The notes under the pieces are model-generated. The model did not search any database, was not told the origin of the DNA, and was given only the letters and a program-made list of their open reading frames with translations. From positions 868,472 to 900,471 of the forward strand of contig MKSO01000001.1 of NCBI GenBank assembly GCA_001897305.1: DNA of 32,000 nt. The letters run 5' to 3'. Of the stretch, positions 7,170 to 14,993 are shown in pieces. Position 1 is the first letter of the stretch. Every line of letters begins with the position of its first letter. The stretch comes from Candidatus Saccharimonadota bacterium. Lineage in GTDB: Bacteria > Patescibacteriota > Saccharimonadia > Saccharimonadales > Saccharimonadaceae. Made by a program: the position numbers and the translations under genes.

Positions 7170-7869
7170 ATATGCGTTCAAATTCTTCGAGCTCACCTTT
7201 AAGCCATTTTTGATACTTTTCATCAAAAATCAAATCAATTCTTTCTTTTATTTCTGTATTTACCGACGAAGCTCCCTTGTCCACAATTTCTTTTACATTG
7301 GACCAGTCTGGCAGTTTGAAGTTAAATATATCATCGAGAGCTTCATTAATGAGCTGTAGTGTCAAAAAATCGACCTTATAACCACCGTTTTCATATCCAT
7401 AACGTGCAGTGACAAAGATATTATCGGAGGACTTAATAACCTCTGACCATTTACCCGGCTTTAATCCATTGTCCACAAGATGCTTCTCTATATAGTTTCT
7501 GTATCTTGGATCAAGTTTGCTCAAAAGAGCTTTCATCCCATGACCTCTTTCGAGTTTGCCTGTGCTCCCTAGTAGAACTGCTTTTAGGAGCAGCTCGTTT
7601 GACAGAGCTAGCTGCACAACCAGTGCCTGAGGAATAGAATAAACAAATTTCCAATCATCTACTGGAATCGGGTAGCCCCCTGGAACTGATACCTTTTTTG
7701 ATAGCGCTTTTGATTTTTCATATACGTCTCTAAAAGCTACGGCATAAGCATAAATATCATTTGGAGTGATGGTGTTGCTCGTGTGATTAATGTTAAGAAC
7801 ACCATAGGCAGGAAGTTTTTTGAAACGGTATCCCTGTTTGTTGTTTGTGTAGTCTTTTGATTTAGCCAT
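7153..7869 (-). CDS. HEPN-like helical protein (238 aa), last gene of the MTase/helicase operon
   Basis: 'ELLLKAVLLGSTGKLERGHGMKALLSKL' followed by 'FVTARYGYE' resembles the HEPN helix pattern (A..E.aLKA.L....tH.L..L ... RY). Start set at ATG 7869 behind GGAGAGGG; the track start at 7884 is a GTG. Confidence 0.5.
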   Translation of the reverse strand: MAKSKDYTNNKQGYRFKKLPAYGVLNINHTSNTITPNDIYAYAVAFRDVYEKSKALSKKVSVPGGYPIPVDDWKFVYSIPQALVVQLALSNELLLKAVLLGSTGKLERGHGMKALLSKLDPRYRNYIEKHLVDNGLKPGKWSEVIKSSDNIFVTARYGYENGGYKVDFLTLQLINEALDDIFNFKLPDWSNVKEIVDKGASSVNTEIKERIDLIFDEKYQKWLKGELEEFERIFNAED

Positions 7870-7945
7870 TACGACCCTCTCCACCAGTTTCTATTACGCC
7901 ATGACCCTTTGTTGTGTAGTCGGAGTAAGAGTAGCGAATGCCCAT

Positions 7946-10459
7946 TTAAATCACCTCGCTTAAGATAACCTCGTCAATTTCATCGCGCGTAAGAGTAGTG
8001 TCAAAGCCACCGATCTTTTCATCACCAGACAAGCTGCGACCGCCAGCGTAAATCAAGCTTGAATCTTCAAACCTCTTAAACATAAAGATCGCTTGGTTAA
8101 GTTCATTCTGATTGAATACACCGATCTCGCACATACGATCGAAGTCACGCACTGACAAACCGGTAACTTTCGTGAACAATTCGGGCTCTAGGTTTCGAAT
8201 GACATCAATCAAGGTCTCCTCACGATAATCAGTAAGATACATGAAAACTGGGATACGAGTTATAAACTTCAATAACTTCTCGCGCAGCTGGCGCTTGAAC
8301 CCTTTATTCTCTTTTTCTTCAGCATCTTCTTTCTTTTTCTCTTCTTTCGTAGGCTCGTCGCCAGTTTCGGCACGCTCCTTCTTTTTCTCGTTCAAAGACT
8401 TCTCACTATTGATAGTCTTGGTGATATCTTGCCGTAAATTACGGAAATCCTCGATTTTCTCTAACGCCGCGAGAACATCAGGAGCATTCAATACTTTCTC
8501 AAGTACAATCGTCGTGACATCTACGAGCCGTGCCGACTGCCAGCGCTTCGCGAGCATCGTACTGGCCGTACCGTAGGTTGATATATCAAGAATTGCCGTA
8601 GCATCTAGTTTCGTCATCGATACGCCGTCATAACACAGGACAGGCAAGAACTCGATAAACTCCTCAAGTCGCTTTTCGGTAGTCCGGTTATCGCTCACAC
8701 CACCAAGTTCATTGCTGTAATTTGCCATGAGTTTCAAAGCGCGGCTCGGCGCAAAGTCCAATAGATAGCAAGTAGGCTTTATGATCTCTTTTTCGTTTGG
8801 ATTCTCTGCATTCGTGATTGACCAAGGGCTTTGCGCACGAAACGCGGTCTGAAAATAAGTCTCCGGACTGTCCGTATTTCTAAGGAAGAATACGCCGCTC
8901 CAAGGCTTGACCGTAACACCAGTAGTAAGCTTGCCACACGAAAGAGTAATCGTCCTTGTCTTGAATGGATCTCCTATTTTATCCAGCACTGGGTCGAGTG
9001 CCTCTTTGCCAATTCCGGCATCTTTACCGGCCGCATTGATAATTTCATACTCGCCAAAGAACGGATCATTATCGAGAAGCCGCTTCATTGCTTTACAGCT
9101 TGAGACACGCGGCAGGAACCAAAAGGTATGCTTAAGTGTAGATAGAAGCCGAGCGTCCTCAAAGGGTAGTGCTGGTTTTTGGTGGTCCATCTTATTCTCT
9201 ATAGCGACATCAAGGTCCATGCCGCGAAGAATATTCAAAAACTTCTGAACGTCGTTTTCACGCTCAAAAACATATTCACCTTCATCATTTTTCTTAGCAC
9301 TAAAAAACTTATTGAGATCAAACTCATTAAATTCACCCTGTTTGGCGATTTCTCGCAAACTATCTGGCATCTGATATGTCATCATGACAATCTGCGGCAG
9401 TTCAGCATACGGATTATCCTCATCTCTGCCTTGCCAGTTCTTTTTTTCACGCTGCTCGTCTGCGTAAGTCCAGTTGAATATTTGGTCTTCGCTAAACTCA
9501 CCACCAGCCAAGGCTCGGAACGGAGTACCCGATAGGTAAAGATAGGAACCGATCTTAAACGGTAGTATTTCCTCGATTTGGCCTTCTTCTAGGTCTGTGA
9601 GCGGATCTTTTTCATCTTTATCTTCTGAGGTAAGCTCTTTCGCACTATCTCGCCAGGCACCAAAGTGGTATTCATCAATTACTAGGCAGTCCCAATCTTC
9701 CTGACGCATGCGCTTGTGACGTTCTTTCAGGGCACCCGACTCTTTGTCTTTGCCCATGACATCTTGGAAGCTGGCAAACCAAACTACAGGCTTTTCTTCA
9801 TCTATGTTTTCCCAGCCCTGCTTGCCACCAATAAACTGCCATCCCTCAAAATCAACATGACCGTCTAAGTCTTCGCGCCATTGCTTCTCGGTAGCCGGCT
9901 TGTAGGTGAGTACCAATATGCGTTTCCACCCCATTTCTTTTGCAAGCTGGTACGAGGTGAAGGTTTTTCCGAATCGCATTTTCGCATTCCACAAAAAGTG
10001 CGGCGCGCGACCTTCGTGTGTTTTTGGATACTTAGAAAAATAAAGAGATGTCTTCTCTACCGCATTTTTTTGCTCAGGACGCATCGGAAAGGTGCCGAGA
10101 CGATTGCGATCGGTACGTATGCCAGTTTTCATCTCTAGAATTGCAGCCTTTACATCTTCAACGCTACAGTCAAACCACTCCGTAGCAAGTCGGCGAATAC
10201 CGCGGTTTAGGAGTATCTTATGAATCGCATGATCGCGGAAATATGCACCATCATTTGTAATTGCTTCAGTAAAATATTCAAGCTTATACTGTTTGTTCGG
10301 TGTATTGACTAGCCCTTCCTCAATGCGAGCAACCACAGCGTCAACATCCCGGTCGGATTTTGTTCGACGTGACGTGTCGCCGACTTTAACGCCAGGTTGA
10401 TTCGGCACGGAGTATACATAGATTTGAGGCTTTTTTCGGTAATCAAGAAGTTCGGCCAT
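7946..10459 (-). CDS. T5orf172 (GIY-YIG-like) domain fused to an SF2 (Res/DEAD-like) helicase; putative restriction/translocase subunit
   Basis: N-terminus 'IYVYSV..GVKVGDTSRRT...HKIL...TEWF' (T5orf172 pattern). Helicase motifs 'RFGKTFT' (I), 'VIDEYH' (II), 'LSGTPF' (III), 'QTAFRAQS' (VI). K/E-rich linker near the C-terminus. Confidence 0.75.
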   Translation of the reverse strand: MAELLDYRKKPQIYVYSVPNQPGVKVGDTSRRTKSDRDVDAVVARIEEGLVNTPNKQYKLEYFTEAITNDGAYFRDHAIHKILLNRGIRRLATEWFDCSVEDVKAAILEMKTGIRTDRNRLGTFPMRPEQKNAVEKTSLYFSKYPKTHEGRAPHFLWNAKMRFGKTFTSYQLAKEMGWKRILVLTYKPATEKQWREDLDGHVDFEGWQFIGGKQGWENIDEEKPVVWFASFQDVMGKDKESGALKERHKRMRQEDWDCLVIDEYHFGAWRDSAKELTSEDKDEKDPLTDLEEGQIEEILPFKIGSYLYLSGTPFRALAGGEFSEDQIFNWTYADEQREKKNWQGRDEDNPYAELPQIVMMTYQMPDSLREIAKQGEFNEFDLNKFFSAKKNDEGEYVFERENDVQKFLNILRGMDLDVAIENKMDHQKPALPFEDARLLSTLKHTFWFLPRVSSCKAMKRLLDNDPFFGEYEIINAAGKDAGIGKEALDPVLDKIGDPFKTRTITLSCGKLTTGVTVKPWSGVFFLRNTDSPETYFQTAFRAQSPWSITNAENPNEKEIIKPTCYLLDFAPSRALKLMANYSNELGGVSDNRTTEKRLEEFIEFLPVLCYDGVSMTKLDATAILDISTYGTASTMLAKRWQSARLVDVTTIVLEKVLNAPDVLAALEKIEDFRNLRQDITKTINSEKSLNEKKKERAETGDEPTKEEKKKEDAEEKENKGFKRQLREKLLKFITRIPVFMYLTDYREETLIDVIRNLEPELFTKVTGLSVRDFDRMCEIGVFNQNELNQAIFMFKRFEDSSLIYAGGRSLSGDEKIGGFDTTLTRDEIDEVILSEVI

Positions 10460-10460
10460 A

Positions 10461-11984
10461 TTACTTCATCTCCGCAATAACGGACTCAATAAACTTTTGT
10501 TCTGCCTGTGTTATTTCGTAACGTTCATATAACTTTTCGTCTGTCCACGTCTGGTCCATCGGAAGGTTCGGTACAAATCCGTAAACTCTAGCCGTAGCAT
10601 CATGTGTGACTTTTTTGAGAGATATCAAGAACCTTACAAATCTCGTCTGCAGATATTTTTTTAAGTTCTCAGCCTGCTCCTTTGAGTGAAGTTGTCCAGC
10701 ACCTATTACAACATACGTTTCCGTACAGCATGTTCCCGGCTCGCCAATTATAACGTTTAGATTATCATCGGGTGACTCTGTACCAATATTGTTAGCTTTT
10801 GCGGTGAATATTTTCCAGGAATTGATCCATGAAGAGTTAACTTGTACCCGCTCACGCCTAATGTAGCCTGTCTTTTTATTTGCATAAATCTTGACCTTGT
10901 CTGGATTATTTATTTGATCATAATCCGCAAAATTAGTTGCGAGACCGAAAGGCTTGCGAGATGACACTATTTTATCTAACGTCTCCTCGTTCCTATCCTT
11001 AACTTTTTCATAAATTGGTACTGCTTGGTTGTAACGAATAAATACATCGAATTCATTCAGTGGGCGCTTCGTAACAGGAAGCTCCTCTTCTCCAATTAAA
11101 GTATGGACTTCACAGTCACCTGAATATTCAGCTTCCCATACGAAATACATCACTCCGCCTTTTATCTCTACGCCAGGGAAGCAGTCACTCGCGCGCGGAT
11201 AGTCGTACATAACCTTGATCCGCTTATCAGCCAGCATCTCAGCCCTAAACTTATCTAAACCTTTTCCTCCGGAGAACCAGCGCGACGGTATAATAAATGA
11301 CATATATCTCGGCTGAAGTCTTTTTGCCTGCTGAACAAATAGCTGGTAAATAGGCGCGGCACTCGATCCGTGACCGCCATCCTTCAGTTGATACGGCGGG
11401 TTTCCTACGATAACATCAAACTTCATATTGCTCGCCTCCTCTGCTGTTAAATGAATAAATTTATATGCGTGACGTTCTTGGTCTTCACCGCGACCACCGA
11501 GCTGTGCGTCGGTTTCTTTATTGCCACAGTATTTACAATTTCCGTTTACGTATGTGTGTGTGCGGTTTTCGTAATCAATGTTGCCGTTTGGGCTCTGGAA
11601 GTGCGCGACGGATTCTTCGCTACTTGCGTTCTTGCTTGTATATAAGCTTCTTCGAGCCATCAAAGCCGTAAGCTCAGTAATACCAATGCCGTATATCATA
11701 TTTTGGAAGATATGCTGGCGTCGCTCTTCCTCGTCAGGAAATTTATCCTTCAGGCCGATCATTAAACGATAAGTAATTTGGCGTAAAAAGACACCAGTTT
11801 TGGTTGCAGGATCGAGCCACTTTAGGCTTGGATTGCTCCAGACCTCTTCGGGTAGCGCGTCAAGCACCTTATCTACCATATTCGGCGGCGTGAAGACTTC
11901 GTCACTCGATAGATTGGCAATACAGTCAAGAATATCTGGTCGGTGATCAACTTCATTTAGAATACGTGTGACAATATTAGACAT
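10461..11984 (-). CDS. Gamma-class N6-adenine DNA methyltransferase (Eco57I/TaqI-like) with C-terminal target-recognition-like region
   Basis: Motif X 'DEVFTPP', motif I variant 'LDPATKTGVFL', motif IV 'VIVGNPPYQ'. Separated from the downstream helicase gene by 1 nt. Confidence 0.8.
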   Translation of the reverse strand: MSNIVTRILNEVDHRPDILDCIANLSSDEVFTPPNMVDKVLDALPEEVWSNPSLKWLDPATKTGVFLRQITYRLMIGLKDKFPDEEERRQHIFQNMIYGIGITELTALMARRSLYTSKNASSEESVAHFQSPNGNIDYENRTHTYVNGNCKYCGNKETDAQLGGRGEDQERHAYKFIHLTAEEASNMKFDVIVGNPPYQLKDGGHGSSAAPIYQLFVQQAKRLQPRYMSFIIPSRWFSGGKGLDKFRAEMLADKRIKVMYDYPRASDCFPGVEIKGGVMYFVWEAEYSGDCEVHTLIGEEELPVTKRPLNEFDVFIRYNQAVPIYEKVKDRNEETLDKIVSSRKPFGLATNFADYDQINNPDKVKIYANKKTGYIRRERVQVNSSWINSWKIFTAKANNIGTESPDDNLNVIIGEPGTCCTETYVVIGAGQLHSKEQAENLKKYLQTRFVRFLISLKKVTHDATARVYGFVPNLPMDQTWTDEKLYERYEITQAEQKFIESVIAEMK

Positions 11985-12675
11985 TTCCAGACTCCTTATA
12001 AAATAGTGTAGCTTGGCCGCTCATTAAATCGATATTACCAAATGGCTTTGGGTGATATTTTGCTAAATTGATAGGCTCCATCGCTGATAACTTAACCAGT
12101 GGAAATTCTTCCGAAACTGAATCATCACCATTTTCCATGCTTGTTAGTGCATAGACCTTGCGCTTAACGCTGGCTTTTGTAATGTATTCGGCGCCATGAA
12201 AGCCGTATTCAACAAAAAAAACTTTATCTTTACCATTCAACATATCACCGAGCTGAATATTTGTATCGAGGATGTTTTTTACCGCAAGTAAAAACGCTGC
12301 CGATGACTTCTTTGGGGCGAACATAAAGATTTCGTCCATAATGCGTTTTTTGCATTCAGCGATATTATCGTCAGCGATATCGACACCATAAATAGTAGAT
12401 ATCATCTTAACGATTGCGTACTCACGTTTGTCAGCCGGGCGATAGGTAGGTGTTTGCTTGATCCGCATGAGTCGTTGTCGAACAATTTCTACCAAAAAAT
12501 TACCATCCCCACATGCGGGTTCAAGAAACTTCCAAAATATATTGTCGGTTGCTTGGGTGAGAGCCAGAATATTTTTTACTTCACGCTCCCGAGTAAAAAC
12601 TTCGCCCTGATCACGTACACGATTTTTAGATTTGATGATTTTCTCTTTTGATAGCGAAGACATATTACACAACAT
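11977..12675 (-). CDS. Methyltransferase-like SAM-binding protein lacking the catalytic (D/N)PPY motif (232 aa)
   Basis: 'GEVFT' (motif X), 'FLEPACGDGNFL' (canonical motif I), 'IYGVDI', 'IQLGDML'; no NPPY follows. 8-nt overlap (ATGTCTAA) with the next gene. Alternative start ATG 12663, 10 nt after a TATAAT box. Confidence 0.65.
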   Translation of the reverse strand: MLCNMSSLSKEKIIKSKNRVRDQGEVFTREREVKNILALTQATDNIFWKFLEPACGDGNFLVEIVRQRLMRIKQTPTYRPADKREYAIVKMISTIYGVDIADDNIAECKKRIMDEIFMFAPKKSSAAFLLAVKNILDTNIQLGDMLNGKDKVFFVEYGFHGAEYITKASVKRKVYALTSMENGDDSVSEEFPLVKLSAMEPINLAKYHPKPFGNIDLMSGQATLFYKESGNV

Positions 12676-12712
12676 TATACCTTAATTACCTCAAGAAATC
12701 ACTCTCCATAGT

Positions 12713-12752
12713 CGAGAACGTACGAGAATTGTCAAGAATTGACGAGAATTGT
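12713..12752. promoter_or_regulatory. Four phased 10-bp direct repeats (putative operator/iteron) upstream of the MTase operon
   Basis: cgagaacgta|cgagaattgt|caagaattga|cgagaattgt with exact 10-bp periodicity. A fifth CAAGAA core sits at 12692-12697. The array lies 38-77 bp upstream of ATG 12675. Confidence 0.6.
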
Positions 12753-12768
12753 AAATGATTTTTTAATA

Positions 12769-12798
12769 TTGACTGTTCACGTTGCGTAATGCTATCCT
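12769..12798 (+). promoter_or_regulatory. Candidate promoter for the ParB-MTase transcript
   Basis: TTGACT (12769-12774), 18 nt, TGcTATCCT (extended -10, 12790-12798). This would give a ~190-nt leader before ATG 12992. Confidence 0.35.
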
Positions 12799-12991
12799 AA
12801 ATATAGCCACATGGCTAGCACCTTACCGGATCACAAGTCCCAATTCATTCAAGGCTATATACGGCATAGAAAGAGTTGATCGAAAGGAGGCGAACCTTTT
12901 ATCTCAACCGAGGTAAATTGTTTGTGCATCCATTTCTATCAACTAAATCTATGCTCTTTTTATTTGGAGAGCATAAGAAAGGAAGCGTCTT

Positions 12992-14362
12992 ATGACCTCC
13001 TCAACCTCTCAGCTGCACGTGCAGCACATCAACATCAACGAACTGAAAGCCAGCGAGTTCAACCCGCGCACTTGGTCGGATCACCAGCTGGCGAAGCTGC
13101 GTGAAAGCATCAAAAAGTTTGGTGTAGTTGACCCACTCATCGTCAACGCTCACCCATCGCGCAAAAATATTGTGATCGGTGGCAATATGCGGCTCGAGGT
13201 ACTCCGGGAGATCGGTCACACCGAAGTGCCCGTCGTTGAGCTACACCTAACCGAGCGGAAAGAGCGTGAACTCAACCTACGTCTTAATAAAACCGGAGGC
13301 GACTGGGATTACGCTCTACTAAAAGAGTTCGACGAAGATCTACTAGCCGACGTCGGCTTTGAATCCGAAGAGCTCGATGACGTTTTCGCTATCGAGGATA
13401 CCGAAGAAAAGGCTTCATTCGACCTGAAAAAGGAGCTGAAGAAGCTTGATATCAAGAAAATCACCGTTCAAAAAGGCGATGTTTACCAACTAGGCGAATC
13501 ACGGTTAATGTGCGGTGATTCCACCGTCGAAGCTGATTTCGACAAACTGATGGACGGCGAAAAAGCTGATATGTGCATGACCGACGAGCCGTATATCCTG
13601 GACTACCTGCACGCCAAGCGCGGCGGTAAACCTGTCAAAGGCTTTGGTGCTAAGCGTGACCGCATTTACCTCGAAACTGAAACGTTACCAGATAACTTCA
13701 TCGAGCTCTGGATGGCTAATGTCGCCAAACATGCCAAGCCGGACTTCAGCATCATCTCGTATGAGAACTGGAAGAACCTGCGTGAAATGTGGAACGCGAT
13801 GGAGAAGTACTGGAAAGTTAAAAACATGATCGTCTGGCACTTGCCGAACCGCCACCAAGGTTTTTCATCGAAATACAAATTCTTCTCGAAGCACGATATT
13901 GCCGTTGTGGGTGGCTCTGGCGACGTACCATATAACACCGATGACGAAGAGGGCCCGCTACAGGAAATGTACGAAACCGCTCTGTTCGCCATCTCCGGTA
14001 AGCCACAGTGGGAGGGTTACGAAAAAGGCAAGAAATACATGCCGACCGACTTCATCGAGTTCAATGCCGATGACCTGAAAGGCTCCGGCCAGGGCGTCGT
14101 GTTCGGCACGAAGCCACTTGATATCCTTATTCCCTACATCAAGGTCCTGACGCGGCGTGGTGACCTCGTAGTGGAACCGTTCGGCGGGTCAGGGAGTACG
14201 CTCATCGCATCGATCAAGCTTAATCGCCGCTGCTACATCATGGAAAAAGTGCCAACCTACGCCGAAGTGATCTTGCGGCGCTGGGAAAAAGAAACTGGCT
14301 TGAAGCGCAAGCTGATTGTACGAGGTAGCGATGACGAAGTTCAGTCGAGCGTACAGGAATAA
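12992..14362 (+). CDS. ParB-like nuclease domain fused to a beta-class N4/N6 DNA methyltransferase
   Basis: N-terminus 'FNPRTW', 'VIGGNMRLEVL' (ParB/Srx fold). Motif IV position reads 'CMTDEPY'. C-terminal motif I 'VVEPFGGSGST'. AAAGGAAG RBS. Confidence 0.8.
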   Translation: MTSSTSQLHVQHININELKASEFNPRTWSDHQLAKLRESIKKFGVVDPLIVNAHPSRKNIVIGGNMRLEVLREIGHTEVPVVELHLTERKERELNLRLNKTGGDWDYALLKEFDEDLLADVGFESEELDDVFAIEDTEEKASFDLKKELKKLDIKKITVQKGDVYQLGESRLMCGDSTVEADFDKLMDGEKADMCMTDEPYILDYLHAKRGGKPVKGFGAKRDRIYLETETLPDNFIELWMANVAKHAKPDFSIISYENWKNLREMWNAMEKYWKVKNMIVWHLPNRHQGFSSKYKFFSKHDIAVVGGSGDVPYNTDDEEGPLQEMYETALFAISGKPQWEGYEKGKKYMPTDFIEFNADDLKGSGQGVVFGTKPLDILIPYIKVLTRRGDLVVEPFGGSGSTLIASIKLNRRCYIMEKVPTYAEVILRRWEKETGLKRKLIVRGSDDEVQSSVQE

Positions 14363-14942
14363 GATCCTCGGTCTCCTCCGGGAGAATCCAAACCTTCAGC
14401 GTGCCTGCAAAAAAGCAGGCATCGCTCGAAGTACGCTCTATCGCTGGATGGAAGACGATATCGAGTTTCGTGATGACATCCGCGATGCTCAAGAAATCGG
14501 CCAAGATACCATGAATGATTACGTCGAGGCTAAGCTTATGGAAAACATCCAAAACAACACGCAGCGCTCGATTGAGTTCTACCTGCGCCATAACAGCCCG
14601 AAGTACGCCTCTACTCGTGTCGAAACCGAGTACTTCGATAAACGTGGTGCTGGGCGAATTACCCACTTGCCTGTTGGCATCGACCCGATGTATTACAGCG
14701 GCGAAATCGACATACTGGACAAGCTCGCCGAACGAATGGAACTTCGTCGTGCTATGAATGAGGTAAAGCTGAAGACCGAAGGTTACGACCCTAACAGGCC
14801 AATTCGCCCCGAAAAACTAGGTAAGATGTTCGCCGAAGAGTTCTATCAGGCGTTTCCTCACGCCAAGGATATAATCGACGATCAACTATACGAATACGAT
14901 AAGAAAAAGCAGCAAGAAGATTGCGAGCAGGATGATCGCTAG
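14331..14942 (+). CDS. Phage terminase-small-subunit-like HTH protein
   Basis: 'ACKKAGIARSTLYRWMEDDIEFRDDI' followed by 'IEFYLRHNSPKY' matches the phage TerS / phBC6A51-type homeodomain pattern. ATG 14331 is preferred over the track TTG at 14316. Confidence 0.55.
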   Translation: MTKFSRAYRNKILGLLRENPNLQRACKKAGIARSTLYRWMEDDIEFRDDIRDAQEIGQDTMNDYVEAKLMENIQNNTQRSIEFYLRHNSPKYASTRVETEYFDKRGAGRITHLPVGIDPMYYSGEIDILDKLAERMELRRAMNEVKLKTEGYDPNRPIRPEKLGKMFAEEFYQAFPHAKDIIDDQLYEYDKKKQQEDCEQDDR

Positions 14943-14993
14943 ACTTATACCCCGCTTGGCGGTATGTTGTGTTGCTGAAGAAAGGAATTACAG

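Noticed and set aside
8241-9535. Several plus-strand ORFs (8241-8576, 8831-9103, 8907-9248, 9179-9535) and the pyrimidine-rich tract near 8290-8400
   Set aside because: They are antisense to the helicase gene. The tract simply encodes the K/E-rich linker ('EKKKERAETGDEPTKEEKKKEDAEEKENK') on the coding strand.
12713-12752. Possible mini-CRISPR or satellite array
   Set aside because: The units are only 10 bp, contiguous and without spacers, and lie in a promoter region. No cas genes are present. I interpret them as a phased protein-binding array instead.
12922-13104. 60-aa TTG-initiated ORF overlapping the ParB-MTase start
   Set aside because: It is out of frame with a strongly supported gene that has its own RBS and ATG at 12992. 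It has no RBS of its own and no motif.
14316-14330. TTG start proposed by the ORF track for the TerS-like gene
   Set aside because: ATG 14331 is preceded by GAGGT at a suitable distance and gives a sensible N-terminus ('MTKFSRAY'). The TTG extension lies deeper inside the ParB-MTase coding region.
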